From positions 1 through 44,814 of the forward strand of contig LT649291.1 in the NCBI GenBank assembly GCA_900128395.1: DNA of 44,814 nucleotides, read 5' to 3'. Position numbers and translations under genes: made by a program. Of the stretch, positions 12,096 to 22,056 are shown piece after piece. Every line of letters begins with the position of its first letter. Position 1 is the stretch's first letter. Under the pieces are notes generated by a model, which was not told where the DNA came from, did not search any database, and saw only the letters and a list, made by a program, of their open reading frames with translations. The stretch comes from Stramenopiles sp. TOSAG23-2. Its lineage: Eukaryota.

Positions 12096-15059
12096 ATGGA
12101 CCAATTATTTGTAAAAATTGCTGCTGGGGAAATTCCATCGTCAAAAATTTATGAAGATTCACTAACATTTGCCTTTTTGGATATTAACCCGCTTTCAACA
12201 GGTCATTGCTTAGTTATTCCAAAAAAGAAATATACTAAAATTGATGAAGTTCCGCCTGCTACCGCCAAAGCGCTTGGTGAAACAGTTGCAAAAGTAGCAA
12301 ATGCAGTAAAAATAGCTACCGGATGTAGCGATTATAATGTGTTGCAAAACAACGGAAAAGCAGCCCATCAAGAAGTTCCCCACGTACACTTCCATATCAT
12401 ACCCAAAAATGAAAACGAAGGATTAGGAGTAAATTGGAAGTCGGATAAAATAAGCAACGCGGAAGAGACGCAAAAGAAAATAATTGATGCGTTGAATTCG
12501 TTAAAAGATAAAAATCGACTTTCAAGGGATGTTGTTCCAAGAAATTACCAAGTATCGTTAAAGCCAGATTTTACAACTTTCAAATTTGATGGTGTTGTGG
12601 TGATCGAAGTGGACGTACTTGTTGAAACAAGCGAAATAAAAATGCATGCACATGAAATCGAAAATATTGTAGGAACGTATTGGAGATGTGGAAAACAAGC
12701 AGATGGGAAACAAAATTTATCAGTCGAATATCTAGTAGAAGATAAAAGCATAAAATTAAAAGCTGCCAAGACGTTGTCAAAAGGCGCTTATTCCATTGAA
12801 TTGAAATTCCAAGGTACTTTGAATGATAAAATGGCGGGTTTCTATCGTTCGACGTACAAGACTAAAGATGGTGAGGACAAAGTTATGGGAACAACGCAAT
12901 TTGAAGCTGTTGATGCGCGACGTGCCTTTCCATGTTGGGACGAACCGTCATTTAAAGCTACTTTTGATATGTCGCTGATCATTGCGAACGAGAACTTGAC
13001 TGCATTGTCAAACATGCCTGTACGAAATAAGACCACGTTGGGAGATGGTTCAATTTTATATGAATATTGGCGAAGCCCAGTCATGAGCACATATTTATTG
13101 GCATTTATTGTTGGCGAGTTAGAAAGTATTTCTGCGAAAAGTGCAGGTGGCACTGACTTTTCTGTTTACACCACTCCTGGAAAATTATCACAGGCTGCAT
13201 TTGCATTAGATACTGGTGTAAAGGTTTTAAACTTTTTTGAAGAATATTTTGGAGTTCGCTATCCATTGCCGAAACAAGATATGGTTGGAATACCAGATTT
13301 TGCAGCTGGAGCAATGGAAAATTGGGGACTTATTACGTATCGTGAAACTGCATTATTTGCAACTGATGATTCTTCAGCTTCTGACAAACAACGTGTTGCA
13401 TATGTCATTGCTCACGAACTTGCGCACCAATGGTTTGGAAATTTAGTTACAATGGAATGGTGGAGTGATTTATGGCTGAACGAAGGATTTGCTACGTGGG
13501 CTGGTTGGTTAGCAATTGACAATATTTTTCCCCATTGGGATGTGTGGACAAATTTTACAAATGATGATGCTGGATATGCGATGAAAACAGATGCGTTAGC
13601 AAGTAGCCACGCTATCCAAGTTACAATCGGAGACCCAAGTGAAATTGATCAAGTGTTTGATGCGTTGAGTTATAATAAAGGGGCATCTATGATTAGAATG
13701 ATTGAATCACATGTTGGCTCCGATGTATTCCGCTTGGGACTAAGAAATTATATTGAGCGCCACCAATATTCAAATACGCTTACTGCAGACTTATGGACTG
13801 CAATTTCTGAATGTGCTGGGTTCAATGTTGCCCAAATCATGGATAGTTGGTGTCTCAAAGTTGGATTCCCAGTAGTAAAAGTTGAGAGTAGAGATGGCAA
13901 TGTTTTGAAATTGTCTCAGTCTCGATTTTTCTCAGGTGGCGAAGAAAGCAAAGAAGATCATCTTTGGTCAATACCATTACATGGCTGTAATGAAAAGGGT
14001 GAAGTAACGAGCGCTTTATTCAATAGCCAAAAGTGCGATTTTACTTGTGGTGGGGAATATGTGAAGTTAAATGCAGGCCAAACATCATTTGTCAGAGTTA
14101 ATTACGATGAAAAAGGATGGAAAGCATTGCAAGCACCTATTTCTTCCCTTGCGTTACCTGCAGTGGATCGTTTAGGTGTAATCATGGATGCTTTTGCATT
14201 GGCCAAAGCTGGCATGATGAGTACAGCCGTAACATTGGATCTTTGCAAAGCATATAAAAATGAAAACTGCTACCCAGTTTGGTCAGCACTTGCCAGTGGG
14301 CTGAGCGAAGTAACTGAAATTTGCAGTGGTGCTCCTTTTTTCAGTAAATACGAAGAATTTTGTGGTAGTATTTTTAGTGATTTAATGAGCACTTTGGGCT
14401 GGAATGCTGCGTCTGACGACTCAGATTTGACAAAGAAACTTCGTGCTTTGTGCTTAGGTGCAGCTGCTAAGTATGGCGACAAAGCAGTTGTCACTGAAGC
14501 ACTGGCCCGGTTCAAAGCATATGCAGATGGTGGGGAATTAGATTCTGATTTGCGTGGTGTTGTATTCTCCACTGCCGTTAAATTTGGCGGAGAAGATGAA
14601 TTTAAGAAAATGCTAGGAATTTTTGAAAAGGTTGAATCACCTCAACTAAAAATGAAAGCTTTGACTAGTTGTGGTCAAACACAAGATCCGGAACTGGTTA
14701 AACAATATCTTGAATATGCGTTTTCGGGAAAAGTGCGTTCAAATAATGTCTTGTATGTCTTGGCAACGTTAAGTTCAAATGCAGCTGCTAGAAATATTGC
14801 GTGGGAATACGTGAAAACAAATTGGAAAACGAAAATAACCCCAATGTTCGAAGGACAGCATAGTTTGTATGCTTATTGTGTAGTATTACCAATTAGAGGT
14901 TTCGTAACTGAGGAAAAGGCAAAAGAGGCAGAAGCATTTTTCAAAGAGAACCCTGTGCCAAGTGCTACTATGAAATTATCCCAAACGCTTGAAAATATGC
15001 GTACAAAAATCGCATGGTTAGAAAGAGAAAATGCAGCTTTGACATCTTATTTTACTTAA
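12096..15059 (+). CDS. Fusion of a HINT-type HIT hydrolase (aa ~1-135) with a puromycin-sensitive/M1 aminopeptidase
   Basis: HIT: FAFLDINPLSTGHCLVIPK and QEVPHVHFHIIP. M1: TQFEAVDARRAFPCWDEP, GAMEN, HELAHQWFGNLVT...WLNEGFA, SYNKG, ERAP1-C-like tail. Single uninterrupted ORF. Confidence 0.93.
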   Translation: MDQLFVKIAAGEIPSSKIYEDSLTFAFLDINPLSTGHCLVIPKKKYTKIDEVPPATAKALGETVAKVANAVKIATGCSDYNVLQNNGKAAHQEVPHVHFHIIPKNENEGLGVNWKSDKISNAEETQKKIIDALNSLKDKNRLSRDVVPRNYQVSLKPDFTTFKFDGVVVIEVDVLVETSEIKMHAHEIENIVGTYWRCGKQADGKQNLSVEYLVEDKSIKLKAAKTLSKGAYSIELKFQGTLNDKMAGFYRSTYKTKDGEDKVMGTTQFEAVDARRAFPCWDEPSFKATFDMSLIIANENLTALSNMPVRNKTTLGDGSILYEYWRSPVMSTYLLAFIVGELESISAKSAGGTDFSVYTTPGKLSQAAFALDTGVKVLNFFEEYFGVRYPLPKQDMVGIPDFAAGAMENWGLITYRETALFATDDSSASDKQRVAYVIAHELAHQWFGNLVTMEWWSDLWLNEGFATWAGWLAIDNIFPHWDVWTNFTNDDAGYAMKTDALASSHAIQVTIGDPSEIDQVFDALSYNKGASMIRMIESHVGSDVFRLGLRNYIERHQYSNTLTADLWTAISECAGFNVAQIMDSWCLKVGFPVVKVESRDGNVLKLSQSRFFSGGEESKEDHLWSIPLHGCNEKGEVTSALFNSQKCDFTCGGEYVKLNAGQTSFVRVNYDEKGWKALQAPISSLALPAVDRLGVIMDAFALAKAGMMSTAVTLDLCKAYKNENCYPVWSALASGLSEVTEICSGAPFFSKYEEFCGSIFSDLMSTLGWNAASDDSDLTKKLRALCLGAAAKYGDKAVVTEALARFKAYADGGELDSDLRGVVFSTAVKFGGEDEFKKMLGIFEKVESPQLKMKALTSCGQTQDPELVKQYLEYAFSGKVRSNNVLYVLATLSSNAAARNIAWEYVKTNWKTKITPMFEGQHSLYAYCVVLPIRGFVTEEKAKEAEAFFKENPVPSATMKLSQTLENMRTKIAWLERENAALTSYFT

Positions 15060-15595
15060 AGTTTCAGATGTACGCAAGAGGGTATTCACCAAGTCGCAAA
15101 ACACATTATTAATACGAGAAGCATATTAAAATTTTACGAAAGTATATATCACACACATGTGCATATTATTCGTACTTAACACACGAGAAGTGTAAAGTTA
15201 TATTATATTATAAAACATAGATTTTAACCATCATTATATATGATATATATTACGAAAGTATATATAAAAAATTCTCGTAATATATATTATATATATCATA
15301 CTTCGTATCATACGAGTAATATTTAAATACGAAAGTATTATGATATTTAATATTAGAAAAAATATGTCGTGGGTACAAAAATATATTTTTTTATAAAAAA
15401 AATGATAAAATTATATATATATATATACCGGTAAACTATAAATTATATATCATACGAATATTTTTATACCTTTTTTCAGCTCTCATTCACTCACAAGTCT
15501 CTTCTTTTTCTCTTTTTTTTCCCCCATTTCTTTTGTATGGATGTGCAGGGCATGTTTTTCTACCATGTCGAGTCAAAAATAATACGCCAACCAAT

Positions 15596-18500
15596 TTACC
15601 TATATTGGGGCGGCACCCATTCAAATGGTTCCGGTGCCTCTGGCTCCGGCCCGTCCTCCCCGATCGTTGGTGGTGCTTTAATATCTCTTAAATCTTCATC
15701 TGGTTCTCCATCTAAACTATCGGTTAAAACTAAAACACCAAGATTTCTTCTCGGATCTAAATCCTTACGTACTGGGCGATAACGTTGATTCTCTACAAAT
15801 GACATGAAAGATTGTTGTGAATATGTAACACGGCATGGGTTACTAACTTCAAAAGATTCTGGCTCCGGTTCTTTTTTCTTTTTCTCCTCCTCTTCCTTTT
15901 TCTTCTCTTCATCCTCTTTTGTCTCACCTTTCTCCTTCCCATCTCCAGTATTTTTTTCCACATCGTCTTTTTCAACTTCCATGGCCTCTTCTGTACTGCC
16001 ACCACTTGCTTCTTTTTCTTTCTTTGCTGCTTTCGCTTTCGCTTTCGATGTAATACTCAATACAGCCGTTTCCACTCTTTCCTTCTTTTCCTCAACTTTT
16101 TCTGTCAATGGCTCGGGGTATGCAAAAAGGGAAGGGCGTGCATCGCATTTCAATTTGAATGACGATGGTATTTTTAAGTCTTTATTCACCCCAATAACTG
16201 CTGTGGGGGTTAAAGTTAAGCTAAAGAAATGTAACAACGGATGCCAATACCAATGGTGACACCAAACGCATAAACCTACAACAGCACCCATTCTCAAAAA
16301 GCCAGATCTGGAAGTTAGGGCAACACACATATTTCTTCCACCAGCATCTAATATGCCACAAGCCATCAAAGCGCCAAATTTAGCCATGGTTGGTTGATGT
16401 TTGGATTTCACAGGATCTGTTAAAATTTCCAAGCATTTCTCGCGCAACTGTTTAGCTTCTTTTGATTTTGTGATCGATTCTTGCATCAACACTAATGACA
16501 ATGATAACAATGCCCCTTGCCTTACAAAGTCCACTGGGTCTTCCAACATTGGCGTAAGTAAATCTAATGCTTCTTTCGAAGGTTTGCCTGCACATGCAAT
16601 ACCAACTGCCATACAAGACCCGTAGCGTACATGTGGATTGTATGATTCTGATAATAAGGCAACCAATTGCGGAACTTCCTCTGGGCTACGGAACATAACG
16701 AAACCGAGCGCCATAACGGCCGTTCGCCTTACATCGTCGTTCACGTCACTAACTGCAACATGCAATAATCTGCGTATGGCGCTGTTGTTTGTCGTCCCAG
16801 CGTAAGCCATTGCGACCGTCCACATTGCACCAGAACGCAAAATGTAATCTTTGTCACTAATCAATTGCTCAATCAATGCATCGGCATTATCTTCCTTTCC
16901 AAACATGTTCAATGCTATGCATAAAGCAACGCCACGAATAATCTTTTCATGTTTCGTTTCATGTGCATATTGTAACATTTCTGTAATGGCAGTTTCATTG
17001 CCTTTTCCAAGCATGATAAGTCCAATTGCTATCGCAGATGCTTCTCCAGCTACTGCGCTATCATTGTACATTGTGTTTCTTAATAAAGCGTACAACTGCT
17101 CGTTGCCAGTTGCCATAGCAGCAAGACCAACGCCTAAACTTGCACCGTGTTGTACAACTTCTCTTGCGACCTCATTTTCATTTGCATTCGCAGTTTCGAT
17201 TGCATCACGTAGAAATGATGTCACTTCAGCATCGCCTTTTCCACCTTTGTTTGCATGGATTAAGCCAAGTGCATATAGTGCGCCACCTTCTTGGTATGGT
17301 GCGCTACTGACGCCACCTTGCGGTAAGTATGGACGTAATAAATTCATAGATTCCCCTAAATGCCCTTTGTGGACTACACCTAAACTTCCGATGGCACTAA
17401 AACGCGCCCATAAATTTGCTTTTCCTAACCAATCCAAATTTTTACGTAAAAATGAATCCACTGTAGTTCCACAATGCATATACCCGTGGCAAGTGATAGT
17501 AGCGCCGTGCAATACTGAATTTCTTTCTGGCAATGCTTCTTTAATTTTTTTCAACAATAATAAATCTGCTTTATTGTTTCGATATAAGAAATCTAAATAC
17601 AAATCAATGGAGATTCCATCGACTAAGATATTTCTTAACTGTTTAAACCGCGGCCATATTGGATCATCATCGGATGTTGGTAATAAATTGCTATTGTTGC
17701 CAGTGTCCGTATTATTTGTTACCTCTTCGCCATCTCCAGTAGCGGTAGTGGTATCAGTTTCATCATCTTTCTTCTCTTTCGTCTCTTCTTCTTTCTCCTG
17801 CATTTTTTTTTCTAATGGCGAACGTGGTAACGATTTTTCAACGTTCAACAAAAATTCTTGATTTTCATTTTCACATAAATCAAACCCAACTTGATATGCT
17901 ACTAAATGCTGACGTTCATCGGAGGACGAAAGCAAAACTTGCAATACATTTCCAACAGCAGGCGCGTCATCAAGGGCTTGTAAGCATTGGCAAAGACTTA
18001 CATAATCACAATCGTCAGATTCTTGATGAAGTTTTACAACAATTCGTAGTACTTCTTGTCGAAACGAGCGGGATACTACTAAGGTTTGCGCTACATCAAA
18101 TGCATATCTCAACATCTTCGCAACGTCGCCACTATCTTTAATTGCTGATTCTACAATATCAAGACGTTTTGACTCCAATGCAATACCAAGTGCTTGCTTA
18201 TACGACCCATCGTTAAAACAACGTTGAAACATTCTTTCAACAATTTTCTCAAGTCGTGGATCTAAAGGTGAGTTCTCATCGTTTTCTTCCCTGCATTGGA
18301 TGTAACGATCTACGCCCCGGGCAAGCATGGTTTCTACGTACTGGGTCTTCGCATCAATATCAAAATGCTTTCCCGCGCCAAGTGCTAAATTTAATGCATC
18401 GTCATAATCTTCCAAGTGATAAAAACATTTCGACGCAACTGCAGCTGCAAGCTCACAGAATTCAAAATTTTCTAGTTCTGACAAAGCTTCGATGGTATCA

Positions 18501-18649
18501 ACTTTTTGTGCAATTTCTGCCCAAAAAGTATCTACAACTGGATATAAAAGTTGCAAAGCTTTTGCTCTTACACGATCATCTTCATTATCCAAAAGGGCCA
18601 AAATCCCATTGGCACTTGATATTGGTAAACGTTTTGCTACTGTTGCCAT
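15596..18649 (-). CDS. PSMD1: 26S proteasome regulatory subunit RPN2/PSMD1
   Basis: SANGILALLD, FWAEIA, PC repeats (LLHVAVSDVNDDVRRTAV, LLSESYNPHVRYG), GILDAGGRN, C-terminal EPEAPEPFEW. Confidence 0.97.
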   Translation of the reverse strand: MATVAKRLPISSANGILALLDNEDDRVRAKALQLLYPVVDTFWAEIAQKVDTIEALSELENFEFCELAAAVASKCFYHLEDYDDALNLALGAGKHFDIDAKTQYVETMLARGVDRYIQCREENDENSPLDPRLEKIVERMFQRCFNDGSYKQALGIALESKRLDIVESAIKDSGDVAKMLRYAFDVAQTLVVSRSFRQEVLRIVVKLHQESDDCDYVSLCQCLQALDDAPAVGNVLQVLLSSSDERQHLVAYQVGFDLCENENQEFLLNVEKSLPRSPLEKKMQEKEEETKEKKDDETDTTTATGDGEEVTNNTDTGNNSNLLPTSDDDPIWPRFKQLRNILVDGISIDLYLDFLYRNNKADLLLLKKIKEALPERNSVLHGATITCHGYMHCGTTVDSFLRKNLDWLGKANLWARFSAIGSLGVVHKGHLGESMNLLRPYLPQGGVSSAPYQEGGALYALGLIHANKGGKGDAEVTSFLRDAIETANANENEVAREVVQHGASLGVGLAAMATGNEQLYALLRNTMYNDSAVAGEASAIAIGLIMLGKGNETAITEMLQYAHETKHEKIIRGVALCIALNMFGKEDNADALIEQLISDKDYILRSGAMWTVAMAYAGTTNNSAIRRLLHVAVSDVNDDVRRTAVMALGFVMFRSPEEVPQLVALLSESYNPHVRYGSCMAVGIACAGKPSKEALDLLTPMLEDPVDFVRQGALLSLSLVLMQESITKSKEAKQLREKCLEILTDPVKSKHQPTMAKFGALMACGILDAGGRNMCVALTSRSGFLRMGAVVGLCVWCHHWYWHPLLHFFSLTLTPTAVIGVNKDLKIPSSFKLKCDARPSLFAYPEPLTEKVEEKKERVETAVLSITSKAKAKAAKKEKEASGGSTEEAMEVEKDDVEKNTGDGKEKGETKEDEEKKKEEEEKKKKEPEPESFEVSNPCRVTYSQQSFMSFVENQRYRPVRKDLDPRRNLGVLVLTDSLDGEPDEDLRDIKAPPTIGEDGPEPEAPEPFEWVPPQYR

Positions 18650-19080
18650 GATTGGTTCCTATATTGTATTGTATTAGTTCAAAATTATGTATAAAGCAGT
18701 ATTGTTTAAATTATTATAGAATAATATATGTAATAAAATGAACAAAAAGTGAAATATGTTTGGAGGTATATTATTTCTATATAATATAACTTTTCGACGA
18801 ATGCTTTATTCAATTATAATACTGACTGATGATGGTGGTAATGATAATAATTCTGTTATCTAATTTATATAATGTATTGATGTATATGTACAATCATCTA
18901 CTAAATCTGTTTAAATATGAATATTTTTCACATTGTTCATTTATTCATTTTTCATTTTTTTTTTGAAATCCGAAGAACAATATTATAGGTGCATAACAAA
19001 GAAGTAGTAGGCTAAGCTTAGGCACCAATGTTATTTTTGTATGCAGTGTTAGTGTGTGATGATATTTTTTAAAATTTTAG

Positions 19081-19194
19081 CATTGGAATAGCATTAATGT
19101 TTAAGCAAAATCAATCACCTACACAATAAATAGCTTTTACAATTTTCAAAATAATATCTTAATTGCCTTCTCTGTATAGCATGCTATTCCAATG
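19081..19194. promoter_or_regulatory. 14-bp perfect inverted repeat in the RPN2/PSMA3 divergent spacer
   Basis: CATTGGAATAGCAT (19081-19094) and ATGCTATTCCAATG (19181-19194). The regulatory role is inferred. Confidence 0.5.
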
Positions 19195-19575
19195 TATAAT
19201 ACTTACATTCAACATTTTTTAGTTCACAATATATTCATCATTTATTTAAAATGTCATATAGCAGCATTTCAGCATAACAGTATAGCGAAGTACAGATTCT
19301 CGGTAGGTATAACATATAGTATATTATAGTGTACCTATACTGTAGTAATAATGAATAATCTTAAAATCTGATACATTTTGTACCTGGTAATTGAATGAAA
19401 TTATTATTAAAATGATAAATATTTATATGAAATTGAATGATTAGGAAAAAATATGTGACATATATTAATATACACCAACTAATAGAGGACTTAGTGAATC
19501 CAACAGGCAAAAATAGGTAAGAACAACATTAACAAACGGTGAAAACATTTTGAAAATAACAGAAAAGAAAACAAG

Positions 19576-20382
19576 ATGTCATCAACTGGAGCTGGGTATG
19601 ATTATGCACCAACTATTTATTCACCGGATGGTAGAATATTTCAAATAGAATATGCACAAAAAGCCATTGAAGCAGGTGGTACTTCTATTGGTGTGAAGTG
19701 TAAAGATGGTGTGGTATTAGCGAATGAAAAATTATTATATTCAAAAATGCTTGTTGAATCAAGTAATCGTGCACATTTTCCAATTGATCTCAATGCAGGA
19801 ATGGTTACATCCGGTTATTTGCCAGATGGTAGGCAATTGGCATTACGAGCAAGATCCGTCGCAAAACAATTTCGAGAAGCATATGCAATTCCTGTCATAC
19901 CAGAACAGCTAGCAGATCAAATGGCACAGTTTATACATGCATATACTTGTTATTATCAATTCAGACCTTTTGGCGCAAGTTTCATGCTTGCCGCGTATGA
20001 TGAAAATAAGAAAGAAGCTGAACTATACGGTGTCGATGCTGCTGGTGTTCCAATGCGATATTTTGGCCATGCATCAGGAAAAGGTGCACGTAGTGCAAAA
20101 ACTGAAATCGAACGTATGAAATTTTCAGAAAAAACTTGTAAGGAAGCATTGAAAGATCTTGCAAAAATTATGTCTTTAATACATGATGATGTTAAAGATA
20201 AACCGTACATGTTGGAAATGTCATGGATTTGTGAAGAATCTGGATGGAAATTTCAAATGATAGCGCCAGAAGTAGCAAAAGCATCTAGGGAAGCTGCAGA
20301 AAAAGAAATCGAAGAAGAAGATGAGGAAGATGATTCAGATTCTGAGGACGATGACGATGATGATGATGAAGATGAAGATTAA
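19576..20382 (+). CDS. PSMA3: 20S proteasome alpha-7 subunit
   Basis: MSSTGAGYD...YSPDGRIFQIEYA, RPFG, AKTEIE, LEMSW, acidic C-tail typical of alpha-7. Confidence 0.95.
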   Translation: MSSTGAGYDYAPTIYSPDGRIFQIEYAQKAIEAGGTSIGVKCKDGVVLANEKLLYSKMLVESSNRAHFPIDLNAGMVTSGYLPDGRQLALRARSVAKQFREAYAIPVIPEQLADQMAQFIHAYTCYYQFRPFGASFMLAAYDENKKEAELYGVDAAGVPMRYFGHASGKGARSAKTEIERMKFSEKTCKEALKDLAKIMSLIHDDVKDKPYMLEMSWICEESGWKFQMIAPEVAKASREAAEKEIEEEDEEDDSDSEDDDDDDDEDED

Positions 20383-20686
20383 AAAAGATATCTATGCATA
20401 TCATATCATATTTTCAAAGACGTATGATATCATACATCATGTGTGTGTATGTACTGTATCGTCATTTTTACACCGAAAGACGGACAAGTCAAAGAAAACT
20501 AATATTTTTAAGCGAGACGTGTACACATTTGTGTATTATATTAAAATTAACTATATAGCATTCTTTTTTTTATACGAACGTGTACCTCTCTCTTCTACTC
20601 GTACTTCTACCCGCCATTCCCACTTCGACCACCCAATATTGATTTTTTACAAATTTTTTTTTCACTTTCGTCTTGCACGCACTTCT

Positions 20687-21451
20687 TTATGCTTTTTTTT
20701 CAACAACTACTTCAGTAATTTGTTCTTGGACAAACGAGACTATCTTCATCATTTCCATTTGACTACCTAGATCATGTCCTCCATTATGCAAATGATATAA
20801 CACATTCAATCCAGAATTTGATAATAAATACTGCGTCCATCCAGACACCATTACTGGGATCATTGGATCATTCTTACCATGTAGTAACAAGCATTTTGTA
20901 CTTTTTAATTTTGCTAGTCCCTCTGCCCACATTGTGACGTTCAAAGGAATACCGGAACATACTAACATACCACCTAATTTACCATTTAATCGAGACGAAA
21001 TTTCACATGTCATGGTTGCACCCATAGAAAAGCCTCCAATAAACCACTTGTTAACAGGAACACCTTCAGCAGTTTCATTAAATACATTTATCAATTTGTT
21101 TCTAGTTTCTACCATGTGCATCGGTGTCTCTCGCAACTTAGCTGCCTGGGCTTGTTCACCACCCATCATTGCCATCATTAATCCCATTTGATCAAGCATG
21201 AACCAACCTACGGTATCCATTCCTGATAATTGATTTGCTTGTGGCAAAACAAAACGAGTAGGCCTATCATTTAAAATAGGACAATTACTCATTAAAAGTT
21301 TTGCTATGTCAGAAAACTGTGTTGCTTCTGCTCCTAAACCATGTAAAAAGTAGAACACAACCTCATGTTTTTTTCCCCCATCACAATTGTAGTCTAAAAT
21401 TATCGTTTGAAACCCTTCTATTGTTTTATTAGTCGTTTTTGGGGCACTCAT
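20687..21451 (-). CDS. Phospholipase/carboxylesterase (APT1/LYPLA-like alpha/beta hydrolase)
   Basis: LHGLGA, GGFSMG nucleophile, LHGKNDPMIP (Asp), GGH (His). Confidence 0.88.
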   Translation of the reverse strand: MSAPKTTNKTIEGFQTIILDYNCDGGKKHEVVFYFLHGLGAEATQFSDIAKLLMSNCPILNDRPTRFVLPQANQLSGMDTVGWFMLDQMGLMMAMMGGEQAQAAKLRETPMHMVETRNKLINVFNETAEGVPVNKWFIGGFSMGATMTCEISSRLNGKLGGMLVCSGIPLNVTMWAEGLAKLKSTKCLLLHGKNDPMIPVMVSGWTQYLLSNSGLNVLYHLHNGGHDLGSQMEMMKIVSFVQEQITEVVVEKKA

Positions 21452-22056
21452 GACTTTACTAATTTTAATTTGCTCTTATATATGTATTTATTTTCAATTT
21501 CTCTTATTATAAAAATGAACGGTGAATGTATTAAATGGAGAGATTGTCTTATATGATTCAAGTTTACACACTATATTTACGTTTATTTTTAAGATGTAAA
21601 CGTAGTAATATACCAAGCAATAAGAATCTCTTTTAATATCAGAAAATTGGGTATATGTAGATATTTATGATTTAAGTTTAAAGTCAAAACTTATTTGAGA
21701 AGACGTGTACGTATTAATTATTCCAAGCAATATAAACAATTGTGTAAATAATATTGTGTAAACAATATTATTGTATATCATATATTTAATATAATAATAA
21801 TACGAGTAATAATAAATTTATTATTATTCCTTTCTACACCACTTAGCCGTAAGCGATAATTACTTAGAGATAGTTATGCCTATGCACCTATGTCCGTCAC
21901 ATACACTAAAATTAATGAATCACAACCAAATATTAGTAAAAATATAAAAAGGAACAAAAAAACAAAAATAAAAACATTGCTTAGATGGCCACTTTAACTT
22001 GGTGTTCAAATTGGTGATCACATACAAATTTATAAAAAAAACTATTCGCAAATTGA

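Noticed and set aside
16851-17861. 336-aa plus-strand ORF and the many other short antisense or overlapping ORFs
   Set aside because: These are shadows of well-supported genes on the opposite strand, with non-ATG starts or unnatural composition and no recognisable motifs.
18650-19575. Yeast PACE (GGTGGCAAA) element in the proteasome spacer
   Set aside because: I did not find it on either strand.
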